Positions 39,528 to 49,901 are shown, counted from the first letter of the stretch. The stretch is DNA of 53,471 bases from an uncultured virus (IMG/VR IMGVR_UViG_3300005239_000666) (IMGVR_UViG_3300005239_000666), one strand, 5' to 3'. Numbers and translations: made by a program. The notes: generated by a model not told the origin, from the letters alone.

Positions 39528-40718
39528 ATGTCAGAAAACTTAAAGAACATTGAAGCAACAACAGATCAAAATACGGCAGTGGCTGAAAATGCTAACCCGA
39601 ATGCTGATCTACCGAAAAAGAACGCTGTAGCGTCTGAACCAACTCACCTATCAAATGGTGCTGAGGATTTAGGTGCAGCTGTAGTTAAAAATACAGATAG
39701 CAATCCGGATGCTTCAAAATCAACTAAAGAAGTTTCTGGTCAGGCTCCTCAAAAATCTGAAGGTGCTCCTGAGGCAATGCCTAAATTAGCAGGACACAAT
39801 ACGAAATTAGAGTCTACAGAAACAAAAGCTGACGATAAAGAAACAGTTAAAGAAGGCGAAATGCCTGCTGGTCTGAAAAAATACCTTGACAAAAAAGACG
39901 ACAAGGAAGCTGATACTAAAAAAGAAGAAGTTGAAGCGAAAAAAGATGACGAGAAAACAGAAACAAAAGAAAAAGACATAGACGTAAAAGAACATGTTGA
40001 AGCTCTTGTTGCTGGAAATGCTGACTTATCGGAAGAATTTAAAGACAAAGCCGCAACTATTTTTGAAACAGCAATTAAATCTAAAGTAAAAGAAATCGCT
40101 GAAGAAATGGAAACGGATTACAACAAAAGATTCGAGGAAGAAACCTCTACAGCAAAAGCTGAGTTAGTGGAAAAAGTTGATTCTTACCTATCATACGTGG
40201 TAGAAGAATGGATGAAAGAAAACGAACTTGCTTTAGAAAGAGGAATCAAAGGCGAAATCGCTGAGGACTTTATCAGTGGTCTTAAAAAATTATTTGAAGA
40301 TCATTACATAAATGTTCCAGACGAAAAATATAATGTGCTTGAAGATCAAGCTTCAAAAATTGAAACGTTAGAAAAGAAACTTAACGAATCAATTGAGAAG
40401 AATGTTGAATTAAGTAAGATAGGTAATAAGTACAAAGCGGCTGAAATTTTAGATGAAGCTTCTAAAGACTTAACTGAAACTGCAAAAGAAAAATTCAACA
40501 AACTTGCTGAAGAAGTAGATTATTCAACAGAAGCAGATTACAGAGAAAAAGTTAAGACAATTAAAGAGTCTTACTTTAAATCCAAAGACGTTTCTGGTGA
40601 CGGTATAGATGAAGTAGCGGCTGGCGAAGGAACTCCTAACGAGGACCTAAGCAATGCGATGGCTGCTTATAGTGCCGCTATAAGTCAAACAAAAGACATT
40701 AAATTGTCTAACAAATAA
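39528..40718 (+). CDS. gp22: prohead scaffold/core protein gp22
   Basis: LSEEFKDKAATIFE and YLSYVVEEWM.EN; TATAAATA at 39464..39471. Confidence 0.93.
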   Translation: MSENLKNIEATTDQNTAVAENANPNADLPKKNAVASEPTHLSNGAEDLGAAVVKNTDSNPDASKSTKEVSGQAPQKSEGAPEAMPKLAGHNTKLESTETKADDKETVKEGEMPAGLKKYLDKKDDKEADTKKEEVEAKKDDEKTETKEKDIDVKEHVEALVAGNADLSEEFKDKAATIFETAIKSKVKEIAEEMETDYNKRFEEETSTAKAELVEKVDSYLSYVVEEWMKENELALERGIKGEIAEDFISGLKKLFEDHYINVPDEKYNVLEDQASKIETLEKKLNESIEKNVELSKIGNKYKAAEILDEASKDLTETAKEKFNKLAEEVDYSTEADYREKVKTIKESYFKSKDVSGDGIDEVAAGEGTPNEDLSNAMAAYSAAISQTKDIKLSNK

Positions 40719-40740
40719 AAATAATAGGGAGATAAAAAAC

Positions 40741-42075
40741 ATGTATTTATCAGAACAATACGAAAAAAAATGGCAGCCAGTTTTAGAGCATCCTGATTTA
40801 CCAAAAATCGGTGATTCTTACAAACGTGCCGTTACTGCTACGATCTTGGAAAACCAAGAAAGAGCTATGAAGGAAGACAGCGCATTTATGACTGAAGCTG
40901 CTCCTACAAACAATACTGGTGGAACTTCAAATTGGGATCCAATTTTAATTTCATTAGTTAGAAGAGCAATGCCAAACCTTATCGCTTACGATATCGCTGG
41001 TGTTCAACCAATGACTGGTCCAACTGGACTTATTTTCGCAATGAGATCAAGATATACTTCAGCAACTGGCGGAGAAGCGCTATTTGACGAAGCTGATACT
41101 GATTACTCATCTAGAAATGCTGCTGGTGATTCAGTTACACATGACGGTGTTACAGAGCACAGAGGAACAAATCCTTCAGTTCTTAACGACAGTCCTGTCG
41201 GCGAATATACTAGAGGTCAAGGTATGACAACTGCGGCTGCTGAAGCATTAGGTGACGCTACTTCAAATGCATTTGCTGAAATGGCTTTCTCAATTGAGAA
41301 AACTACAGTAACGGCTAGAAGTAGAGCTCTTAAAGCAGAATACACTATGGAACTTGCTCAAGATTTAAAAGCAATCCACGGTTTAGACGCTGAAACTGAA
41401 TTAGCAAACATTTTATCTGCTGAGATCCTTGCGGAAATCAACAGAGAAGTTGTTAGATCAGTTTACATCAATTCAGAAAAAGGCGCTGCTACAAACACAA
41501 CTACTGCTGGTGTATTTGATTTAGATACAGACTCTAACGGTAGATGGTCAGTTGAGAGATTCAAAGGTCTTATGTTCCAATTGGAAAGAGACGCAAACAG
41601 AATCGCTCAAAGAACAAGAAGAGGTAAAGGGAACATGATTATTTGTTCTGCTGATGTCGCTTCTGCTCTACAAATGGCTGGTGTTTTAGATTACACGCCT
41701 GCTTTAAACAACAATCTAAACGTTGATGACACTGGTTCAACATTCGCTGGTGTATTAAACGGTAGATTTAAAGTATACATTGATCCATATAGTGCAAACT
41801 CAAGCGCAAGCCAATACTACGTTGTTGGTTACAAAGGTACATCACCTTATGACGCTGGTATGTTCTATTGTCCATATGTTCCACTACAAATGGTGAGAGC
41901 AGTTGGTCAGGATACTTTCCAACCAAAAATTGGTTTCAAAACTAGATACGGTTTAGTTGCGAATCCTTTTGCGGAAACTGGTGCTGTTTCAGGTGCAGTT
42001 ACAGGAATCACAGATTCAGGTACACCTAACTCAAACAGATACTACCAAAAAGTTAAAGTATCAAACATCATGTAA
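40741..42075 (+). CDS. gp23: major capsid protein gp23
   Basis: GVQPMTGPTGLIFAMR, RALKAEYTMELAQDLKAIHGLDAE and FQPKIGFKTRYG. Confidence 0.98.
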   Translation: MYLSEQYEKKWQPVLEHPDLPKIGDSYKRAVTATILENQERAMKEDSAFMTEAAPTNNTGGTSNWDPILISLVRRAMPNLIAYDIAGVQPMTGPTGLIFAMRSRYTSATGGEALFDEADTDYSSRNAAGDSVTHDGVTEHRGTNPSVLNDSPVGEYTRGQGMTTAAAEALGDATSNAFAEMAFSIEKTTVTARSRALKAEYTMELAQDLKAIHGLDAETELANILSAEILAEINREVVRSVYINSEKGAATNTTTAGVFDLDTDSNGRWSVERFKGLMFQLERDANRIAQRTRRGKGNMIICSADVASALQMAGVLDYTPALNNNLNVDDTGSTFAGVLNGRFKVYIDPYSANSSASQYYVVGYKGTSPYDAGMFYCPYVPLQMVRAVGQDTFQPKIGFKTRYGLVANPFAETGAVSGAVTGITDSGTPNSNRYYQKVKVSNIM

Positions 42076-42097
42076 TACGTTGTTTAGACGTTTTATT

Positions 42098-42128
42098 AAA
42101 AAAGGGGGCTTCGGTCCCCTTTTTTTTT
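42098..42128 (+). terminator. Rho-independent terminator after gp23
   Basis: AAAAAAGGGGGC-TTCG-GTCCCC-T9, with a cUUCGg tetraloop. Confidence 0.9.
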
Positions 42129-42161
42129 GGTCCTGGAAGATAGTATAAATAGAAGTATATT

Positions 42162-42939
42162 ATGACAAATACAGACGACAAAGAAATAACTTCACCTAGT
42201 ATAATTATGGAAGGTATGAAACACCGACCTAATGACAAATTTGGAAAACAATTATTTAAAGCAAGTAAAGTTAATTTAGATTTATCACACAGGTGTCCAC
42301 TAGAATGTTTGCGTTGTGCTAGACAAACATATGAGAATGATGGCAAAGGTGGTCTAAAAAAGAAACCAATACCAGGCAGAGATATAACAATGGAAGAATT
42401 TGATAAAATTACAGATTACTTTGACAGAATACAATTTTGTGGTCAGTATTCAGATCCAATACATCACCCACATTTTATAGATATGTTAAAAATGATAAAA
42501 AGAAAAGGCAATATAAGTCAAGTACATAGTGCCTCTACATTTAAATCAGATAAATTTTTGAATAAGCATTTATAGCCAATGTATATAGTCAATGGTGGTT
42601 TGGTATAGATGGTTTACCTAAAGATAGCCATAAGTATAGAGTACATCAAAACGGTGAGTTACATTTTAAAAGATTAAAAATGGCTAGAGGTATTTTAAAA
42701 AAGAAACCTATATGGCAAATGATAATGTTTAATTATAATCAACATGATGTGAAAAGTGTATGCAAATGGCCAAAGATATAGATGTTATTTTTAATGTAAT
42801 ACAAAGCTCTAGGTGGGTAGGAGATGATGAAACTGATCCTTTAATGCCTAAAGAAAGGAAATTAGATGTAGAAGATCACGCTTTTAATCCTCACGCACCA
42901 GCAGCTGTAGGTTTACCAAGAGGAGGAATACAAGAGTAG
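42162..42939 (+). CDS. short radical SAM protein (indel frameshifts near 42560-42590 and 42750)
   Basis: HRCPLECLRCAR and FCGQYSDP; downstream frames give GIDGLPKDSHKYR, PIWQMI.F.YN and SSRW, as in 7261 and 8266. Own TATAAATA at 42144..42151. Confidence 0.82.
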
Positions 42940-43412
42940 TGCCTAAAAATTGGAAAGATATAAGACAAAATTATCCTCATGTAAGTGAATATGATCATTT
43001 AGCAAAAGTTCATAAAAGAACAAATTTTTATGATGAAAACGGTAACTTTATATCAGACGAAGACAACGGTATAACTTCTGATATAAAGATAGACCCTATG
43101 TGTTTTAGAGGTAATATGAATTTAGCAGTAGACAACAGAGGACATTTACTACCTTGTTGTCATTGTGATACCGAAAATATGATGAATGATAAAGAATTTA
43201 GAAAGTTGGTTGACAATTCCAATATAGCCGATTATGAAAGAATAGAAGATATATTAGACACTGATCAATGGCATGCCTTTCATAAAGCACTAGAACATAA
43301 TAGAGGTCCTGTGGCCTGCTGGGATACATGTCGTACTAATAAAAAGAAAAAAGACAAACAAGAAATGGTTGTTGCTGAAGGTGGTAAACTAAAAGCATGG
43401 GAAAGAAAGTAG
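42939..43412 (+). CDS. stand-alone SPASM/Twitch-like Fe-S domain protein
   Basis: PMC..LAVDNRGHLLPCCHC...CWDTC; GTG start overlaps the upstream TAG. Confidence 0.65.
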   Translation: MPKNWKDIRQNYPHVSEYDHLAKVHKRTNFYDENGNFISDEDNGITSDIKIDPMCFRGNMNLAVDNRGHLLPCCHCDTENMMNDKEFRKLVDNSNIADYERIEDILDTDQWHAFHKALEHNRGPVACWDTCRTNKKKKDKQEMVVAEGGKLKAWERK

Positions 43413-43426
43413 TATAAATAGTACGT

Positions 43427-43681
43427 ATGAGAAATTTATTAAGATCAATACTAGGTATATTAGTAGTAATAGTATGTATTAAAGTGTTTGCTTTATTCGT
43501 ATTCTTATGTTATATTGGCTTTTTTGTACCCGAATCACCAAATCCTCTAGAAAGTATTGAAGATAAAATAGAACAAGTTGAAAAAAAAGAGCGTGTTTTA
43601 ACTGAAAACGAAAAAGAACTAGAGAAAAAATCTACTGAAAAAGACTGGGATGAAGTAGATAAGGAACGGATAAATAGTATT
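43427..43681 (+). CDS. small membrane-anchored hypothetical protein, in frame with gp3 in this assembly
   Basis: Hydrophobic N-terminus plus acidic coiled coil; TATAAATA at 43413..43420. Confidence 0.5.
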
Positions 43682-44302
43682 ATGACAACACTAAAAAACA
43701 GACAGCCTACAAAATTAGACTATGCAAGTCCAACACAATTTAAATTTGGTATAACTAAACTACCAAAAGTAGAATATTTTTGTACAGCTGCAACAGTACC
43801 TGGAATATCATTAGCCAATACACCAGCACAAGCAACACCACTTAAAGATATACCTTTACCTGGTGATAAGTTAAATTATGAAAAACTTGTTTGTACATTT
43901 TTGGTAGATGAAAATTTAGAAAACTATCAAGAGATACATGGTTGGTTAAGAGGTTTAGGCTTTCCCGAAGACCACAAAGAACATCAAAATCTTTTAGTAA
44001 GTGGTAATGATAGATTTCCTGGTAGTACAAGCAGTGTATTAGGCGAAGCAGGCCGAACAAAATATGCACCACCAAAAACAGGTGGTCTTTTTTCAGACGC
44101 TACGTTAAACGTGTTATCAAATAAAAATAATTCCGTAATAGAAGTTAGATTTAGAGACGTATTTCCTATTTCTCTATCTGGCCTCTCTTACAACCAACAA
44201 GCAACAGATGTTGATTATCTTACAGCAACTGTTACATTTGATTATAAGATATACGATTTTGCTACTAAAGGTGCAAGTCGGACAACAGTTACAACATCTT
44301 AA
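43682..44302 (+). CDS. gp3: tail completion/tube terminator protein gp3
   Basis: SPTQFKF...LPKVEYF, PGDKLNYE.L...FLVDENLENY.EIHGW and VFPISLSGL; own GATAAATA 5 nt before the ATG at 43682. Confidence 0.85.
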   Translation: MTTLKNRQPTKLDYASPTQFKFGITKLPKVEYFCTAATVPGISLANTPAQATPLKDIPLPGDKLNYEKLVCTFLVDENLENYQEIHGWLRGLGFPEDHKEHQNLLVSGNDRFPGSTSSVLGEAGRTKYAPPKTGGLFSDATLNVLSNKNNSVIEVRFRDVFPISLSGLSYNQQATDVDYLTATVTFDYKIYDFATKGASRTTVTTS

Positions 44303-44344
44303 TAAATAAGACTAGTAACAAAATGAAAGAAAAGTGGAGATATA

Positions 44345-44773
44345 ATGGACCTAGAACAGCTACAAAACGAAACAGATAAAGATTTAAATATTAACGATAT
44401 AGAGTTAGATTTAGAGTCTTTAAAAACACCTCAATTACATAACAAGTATTTAAAATACTTAACAAAATTTAAATTACTATTAACACGTGCTGAAGATGAG
44501 TATAGAATTGTTAAAAGATTAAAATGGGAATACTATACAGGCAAAGCCGATCAACAAGTATACGTAGATAGACCTTTTAATTTTAAACTATTAAAGGTAG
44601 ACGTACCACAATATATTGATTCTGATCCTGAAGTACAAAAGTTAAATCAAAAAGTAAAATATTTAGAGACGGTTGTTGACTTTTTAGATAGAACGTTAAG
44701 ACAAATAACTAATAGAACGTTTACTATTAAGAATGCAATAGACTGGAAAAGATTTACCAGTGGAGCTGTATAA
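44345..44773 (+). CDS. uvsY: recombination mediator UvsY
   Basis: ESLKTPQLHNKY, WEYYTGKA and IKNAIDW; synteny. Confidence 0.9.
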   Translation: MDLEQLQNETDKDLNINDIELDLESLKTPQLHNKYLKYLTKFKLLLTRAEDEYRIVKRLKWEYYTGKADQQVYVDRPFNFKLLKVDVPQYIDSDPEVQKLNQKVKYLETVVDFLDRTLRQITNRTFTIKNAIDWKRFTSGAV

Positions 44774-45333
44774 TGTACTTAACTAATAACAATTGTATTT
44801 CCGTATCAAAGTTTGAACCAGATTATTGCAACAAGCTAATTGCATTGTGTGATACTTTAAAACTAGAAGAAGCAGCTATACAAGACGGCAATGGTAAAAA
44901 TCGTAGTAGTAGTGTTGCGTGGGTTAAACAAAATGATGAGTTGTATCAATCTATAGAAGAAGTAATTTTTAATCATAATGTAAAAGCAGAATGGAATTTT
45001 GATTTAAAAGAATTTGAACCTTTTCAGTATACAATATACGAAGAAGGAGACCACTATGATTGGCACATAGATTCGCATACTAAACCTTACCCTAATGGTT
45101 TTATTAGAAAAATAAGTTTTACTTTATGTTTAAATGAAGATTATGAAGGAGGAGAATTTGAAATTGCAAGTTTAAATCCTAAAGGAGTTAATCAAAATAT
45201 AAAGTTTAAAGATAAATTTACAACAGGTACATTGATATCCTTTCCCTCATTTAGTTGGCATAAGGTACATCCGGTAACCAAAGGAACAAGAAAGGTTTTA
45301 GTAGGTTGGATTGTAGGTCCTCCTTTCGTGTAA
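44773..45333 (+). CDS. 2OG-Fe(II) oxygenase (prolyl-hydroxylase/PKHD-like)
   Basis: YDWHID, RKIS, YEGGEF and HKVHPVTKGTRKVLVGW. Confidence 0.9.
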   Translation: MYLTNNNCISVSKFEPDYCNKLIALCDTLKLEEAAIQDGNGKNRSSSVAWVKQNDELYQSIEEVIFNHNVKAEWNFDLKEFEPFQYTIYEEGDHYDWHIDSHTKPYPNGFIRKISFTLCLNEDYEGGEFEIASLNPKGVNQNIKFKDKFTTGTLISFPSFSWHKVHPVTKGTRKVLVGWIVGPPFV

Positions 45334-46807
45334 TGCCAGATATAAGATACATCATAGTTGACAAGATAAACGATGTCTATTTAAAAGTAGACGCTGACGC
45401 CTCTATACGTAGAGAGTTATCAGAGTATTTTTGTTTTGAGGTGCCAGGTTATAAGTTTGTTCCTGCATATAGAAACAGAGTATGGGACGGAAAAATAAGA
45501 TTATTTTCTTATGCAACTGGTCAAATATATGCCGGTTTATATCCTTATATACTTAAATGGTGTGAAGATAATAAAATACAAGTAGTAGATGGTACTAAAA
45601 CAGTTGATACTAAAGTTGATTTAAAATTAGTAGAGGCATTTACAAAAGCATTAAAGATACCTTTTGAAGTAAGAGATTATCAAAAAGAGGCATTTATTCA
45701 TGCAACAACAAAGAGTAGATGTTTATTATTATCTCCAACAGCCTCTGGTAAATCACTTATAGTATATCTATTAGTAAGATTTAATATGTTAAGACTAAAA
45801 GAAGAAAAGAAAAAGATACTTATTATAGTACCAACAACATCATTAGTAGAACAACTATTCAAAGACTTCAAAGATTATGGTTGGAATCCAGACAAAACGT
45901 ACACAAAATATATCAAGGACATGATAAAGATACTAATAAAAATGTTATTATATCTACATGGCAATCAATATACAATCAACCAAAAGTATGGTTTAAACAG
46001 TTTGGTATGGTCATAGGTGACGAAGCACACTTATTTAAGGCAGTTTCACTCACAAAGATAATGACCAAACTAGAAAAATGTAAGTATAGAATAGGTCTTA
46101 CAGGTACTTTAGATGGTACTAAAACACACAAGTTGGTGTTAGAAGGATTATTTGGTGTTGTTAATAAGGTTATATCTACAAGTGAATTGCAAGAGAACAA
46201 ACAATTAGCCGAATTAAAAATTATATGTTTAGTACTACAACATGACAAAGAAGTAAGACATATGATGAAAGATAAGAACTACCAAGAGGAGATGGATTAC
46301 TTGGTAAGAAATGAAAAAAGAAACAAATACATTAGAAACTTGGCCTCTAGTTTACAAGGAAATACTTTATGTTTATTTCAATACGTTGAAAAACATGGTG
46401 ACGAACTTGTAAAAATGATAAAAGAAAAGGCAGAGGATAAAAATGTATTCTATGTACATGGAGGAGTAGAAACAGATGATAGAGAAAAGATTAGAGAGAT
46501 TACGGAGAAAAGCGACAACGCCATTATTGTTGCTAGTTACGGCACTTTTTCAACCGGAATTAATATACGGAATTTGCATAACATTATTTTTGCTAGTCCT
46601 TCTAAATCTCGCATAAGAAATTTACAAAGTATTGGTAGAGGTTTAAGATTAAAGGACAATGATTCAGCTGCGACTTTATATGATATAGCAGACGATATAA
46701 GTTATAAAGACAAAGAGAATTATACGTTAGCACATTTTCGTGAACGGATAAATATTTACAATGGTGAAGATTTTAATTATGAGATACACAATATAGATTT
46801 GAAATGA
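45333..46807 (+). CDS. uvsW: UvsW SF2 helicase (single-base frameshift near 45895)
   Basis: PTASGKS, GDEAH, GLTGT and QSIGRGLR, split across two overlapping ORFs. Confidence 0.92.
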
Positions 46808-47280
46808 TATCAGATGAAGATTTTAGATTTTTGTTAGAAGAAAGTCGGTACGCCAAAAAGATATTAGAAATAGGTACTGGCACAGGTAAAAGTACAACTG
46901 CTTTAGTGGCAAACAGAGCAGAGGTATATACTATTGACAAAGACGATATATTTGAATATGTTGGTATTGAAGATAACATAAACAGATTTCATTGTACAAG
47001 TGTTGATTATTGGAAAGAGTATGGTCATTTTGATTTTGATTTTGTGTTTGTTGACGGATCAATCGGCGTTTATGATTGCGAAGAAATATTAAAAAGAACT
47101 AAGGATAATTTTAAAATTGTTTTCCATGATTATTTACCTAACGAAGAAAAATATCCTGGAAAAAATAAAGGTTGGTATAATATGAAAGTTTTTAAAGAAA
47201 CTTCATTATTAACTTATGATATAACAACAAAAACTGGTGGTACTCATTGTGTATTGGCAGAGCTAAAGAAGGATAAATAA
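46804..47280 (+). CDS. class I SAM-dependent methyltransferase
   Basis: ILEIGTGTGKST, FVFVDG and VFHD. Confidence 0.8.
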   Translation: MISDEDFRFLLEESRYAKKILEIGTGTGKSTTALVANRAEVYTIDKDDIFEYVGIEDNINRFHCTSVDYWKEYGHFDFDFVFVDGSIGVYDCEEILKRTKDNFKIVFHDYLPNEEKYPGKNKGWYNMKVFKETSLLTYDITTKTGGTHCVLAELKKDK

Positions 47281-47284
47281 TCAT

Positions 47285-47713
47285 ATGGAAAATAACATTA
47301 AGATTATTAAGTTGGTGAACGGAGACGATATCGTTTGCGTGGTTGACTTTACTAAAAGACAATTAGATCCAAAAAACAAAACAATCAATATAGAAAAGCC
47401 TTTACAAATAAAATACGTGCCACAAATAACAGTGCAAGGTTTTAAGGACTACATTGCATTGATTCGTTGGACGGCCTATACTAACGATGAACAAATTACT
47501 ATACCAAAAGATAAGATAATGACAATTACAAATGCTAATGATAGTATGAGTAAGAGTTATCTTGGTGTTGTTGATACATATGAGGATATTCCTCTGGCAG
47601 ATAAAGATATGAAAAAATCTGCCGTCAAATTTACTACAACAGAGAATAAAGAAATTAATAGAATCTTTGATGATTCAATATATGATGACGATGATGAAGG
47701 AACTTTACATTAG
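47285..47713 (+). CDS. conserved hypothetical protein between uvsW and gp55
   Basis: IKIIKLVNGDDIV pattern; acidic tail ending TLH; GATAAATA 5 nt upstream. Confidence 0.75.
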   Translation: MENNIKIIKLVNGDDIVCVVDFTKRQLDPKNKTINIEKPLQIKYVPQITVQGFKDYIALIRWTAYTNDEQITIPKDKIMTITNANDSMSKSYLGVVDTYEDIPLADKDMKKSAVKFTTTENKEINRIFDDSIYDDDDEGTLH

Positions 47714-47819
47714 AGGAGACCAGTACCTGGAGCTTCTCCCCAAACGGCTACACCGTTCATTATACATAAAATTATCAAAAAGTCAATGCTGATTTCGGCA
47801 CAAACCGAAATTTTTTTAA

Positions 47820-47894
47820 GCGGGTGTAGCTCAGTGGTAGAGCGTCTCGTTGCCAACGAGAAGGCCGTCGGTCCGACCCCGATCACCCGCTCCA
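47820..47894 (+). tRNA. tRNA-Gly (GCC), CCA encoded
   Basis: Acceptor GCGGGTG/CACCCGC, D arm GCTC/GAGC, anticodon arm TCTCG-TTGCCAA-CGAGA, T arm GTCGG-TCCGACC-CCGAT, discriminator T. Confidence 0.93.
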
Positions 47895-47908
47895 AAATGC
47901 TTAAAACA

Positions 47909-47937
47909 TTGACATTTAAACTGAAAGGTGTTATATT
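47909..47937 (+). promoter_or_regulatory. sigma70-type promoter for gp55
   Basis: TTGACA-17 nt-TATATT, 6 nt before the ATG. Confidence 0.8.
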
Positions 47938-47943
47938 AAGAAT

Positions 47944-48525
47944 ATGAGTAAAACAAAAAAAGAACACTATGTTAATAACAAAGAGTTTTTAGAGGCAATG
48001 AATAAGTACAGAAAAGCTGTACGAAGAGCGGCCAGATTAAAAGAAGATAAACCACTGGTAGGAAACTACCTTGGATCTTGTTTTTTAAAGATTGCTAATC
48101 ATTTGTCGTACAGACCTAATTTTATAAATTATACTTTTAAAGATGACATGATATCAGATGGTATAGAAAACTGTCTACAATACCTTGACAACTTTGATGG
48201 TAAAAAATCAAATAATCCGTTTGCTTACTTCACTCAAATAATCTATTATGCATTTATACGTAGAATACAAAAAGAGAAAAAGCAAGTGACTATTAAACAC
48301 AAATTAATCAGCAAGTCTAATTTAGATGACTTTGCTTTGCAACCAGGTGAAGATAGAGAGTTTAAGAATCAAATGACTGAATATCTACAGAAAAATCTAC
48401 CAATGGACGCACAAGAAAAGATTGCTGAAGAAATTAAAAATAGTAAAAAGAAACGTAAGAAAAGGACAAGTAAGAATAGTTTAGATTATTTTTTTGAAAA
48501 TTATGAAGATAGCCCTACTAAATGA
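47944..48525 (+). CDS. gp55: late transcription sigma factor gp55
   Basis: HYVNNKEFL, LSYRPNFINYT, MISDGIENC and NPFAYFTQI. Confidence 0.96.
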   Translation: MSKTKKEHYVNNKEFLEAMNKYRKAVRRAARLKEDKPLVGNYLGSCFLKIANHLSYRPNFINYTFKDDMISDGIENCLQYLDNFDGKKSNNPFAYFTQIIYYAFIRRIQKEKKQVTIKHKLISKSNLDDFALQPGEDREFKNQMTEYLQKNLPMDAQEKIAEEIKNSKKKRKKRTSKNSLDYFFENYEDSPTK

Positions 48526-49549
48526 TACACACTTTGGTTGCCGTAATGATTCTCCACATTTTATAAATTATCAGAATAAGTTTTATGAGGAACAATTTTT
48601 TCCTTATCTTATTAAGAATAATATTAAATGTTTAATACATTTAGGTGACGTAGTTGATAGACGAAAATTTATTAATCATAATACAGCCCACAACTTTAAA
48701 AAAGTATTTTGGGATAGATTAAAAGAACTAGATATAGAAACTCACGTTATACTAGGTAATCACGATACATATTACAAGAATACAAATGAAGTTAATGCTT
48801 TGGAAAATCTTAATGTAGGTAACAAAGTTAAGATATACACTAAAGCCACCGAAATAACTTTAGATGGTTTAGATGTATTGTTAATACCATGGATATGTGA
48901 AGACAATATGGAAGATACTCTATATAAATTAGATAACTCTACATCACAAATTGCCTTTGGTCATTTAGAAGTAAAAGGTTTTGAAATGCATAAAGGAGTT
49001 ATGAATGAACATGGTCTAGAGAAACAAAATTTTAGAAGATTTGAAAAAGTATTTTCTGGTCACTTTCATAAGAAATCAGATGACGGACATATCTTTTATC
49101 TAGGTACACAATATCAAATTATGTGGTCAGACTATAACTGTCCTAAAGGTTTTCATATATTTGATACAGATACTAGAGAACTAGAACGAATAGAGAACAC
49201 TTTACCTATATTTAAAAAATTATCATATGACGATACTAAAGAAAACTATGACAATTTAGATTTATCTTCTTATGAAAATTGTTTTGTAAAACTGTTTGTT
49301 AATAGAAAAACTAATCCAGAAATGTATGGTAATCTAATAGAAAGGTTTTACAACAATACAAATATACATGAGTTAATTATAAATGAAGATACAAATGACA
49401 TAACACAAACAGTTAGAGTTGATACTATAGATCAAGGAGAAGATACACTGACATTTTTAGGTAATTATATTGAACAGGTAGATACTGATTTAGATAAACA
49501 CAAACTAAAAGAATTTGCAAAAGAATTATATACGGAGGCCAGTGAGTAA
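48503..49549 (+). CDS. gp47: recombination nuclease gp47 (Mre11/SbcD-like)
   Basis: DTHFG, HLGD, GNHD and SGHFH; ATG at 48503. Confidence 0.95.
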   Translation: MKIALLNDTHFGCRNDSPHFINYQNKFYEEQFFPYLIKNNIKCLIHLGDVVDRRKFINHNTAHNFKKVFWDRLKELDIETHVILGNHDTYYKNTNEVNALENLNVGNKVKIYTKATEITLDGLDVLLIPWICEDNMEDTLYKLDNSTSQIAFGHLEVKGFEMHKGVMNEHGLEKQNFRRFEKVFSGHFHKKSDDGHIFYLGTQYQIMWSDYNCPKGFHIFDTDTRELERIENTLPIFKKLSYDDTKENYDNLDLSSYENCFVKLFVNRKTNPEMYGNLIERFYNNTNIHELIINEDTNDITQTVRVDTIDQGEDTLTFLGNYIEQVDTDLDKHKLKEFAKELYTEASE

Positions 49550-49901
49550 ATATAAAAATCCATTTGAAGGACCTTTTAAAGTAGTTAAAGATAAAAAAAT
49601 TAAAATTGTAAAAAGAAAAAGTGCCTACAGTTCAAAACCTTTACCTAACGATTTACTTAATGAGAAAAGAAAAAAGAAAATATACATACATGTGAATCAA
49701 CATGTGATCAGAGCGAACAAGAAAAACAATGACAACGATCCTGTGATAACAATCAAGCAAGGTAATAAGAACACTTACTGCCATGAAGTTGAGATCAAAG
49801 GACCAAGTCGTATGCGATACGGGGGCAACGACAAACCCATATTGAGCTGTGGTGCGAGAGTTGTGATAGAAACAGAATCAGAGATAGAGGTGATTAAATG
49901 A
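49542..49901 (+). CDS. hypothetical protein
   Basis: IHVNQH.IR.N...PVIT.K...CGARV.IET; probable GTG start with GGAGG SD, overlapping the gp47 stop. Confidence 0.65.
   Translation: MSKYKNPFEGPFKVVKDKKIKIVKRKSAYSSKPLPNDLLNEKRKKKIYIHVNQHVIRANKKNNDNDPVITIKQGNKNTYCHEVEIKGPSRMRYGGNDKPILSCGARVVIETESEIEVIK

Noticed and set aside
31896..42075. Introns, inteins or homing endonucleases in gp17, gp20 or gp23
   Set aside because: The ORFs are continuous and of normal length, with no such motifs seen.
29500..46807. Pseudogenes or programmed frameshifts in gp14, the radical SAM at 42162 and uvsW (also at 4911 and 27600-27720)
   Set aside because: These are single-base indels, often in homopolymers, and some hit core genes. 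Similar errors cluster at contig ends, so sequencing or assembly error is more likely. Read-level checking is needed.
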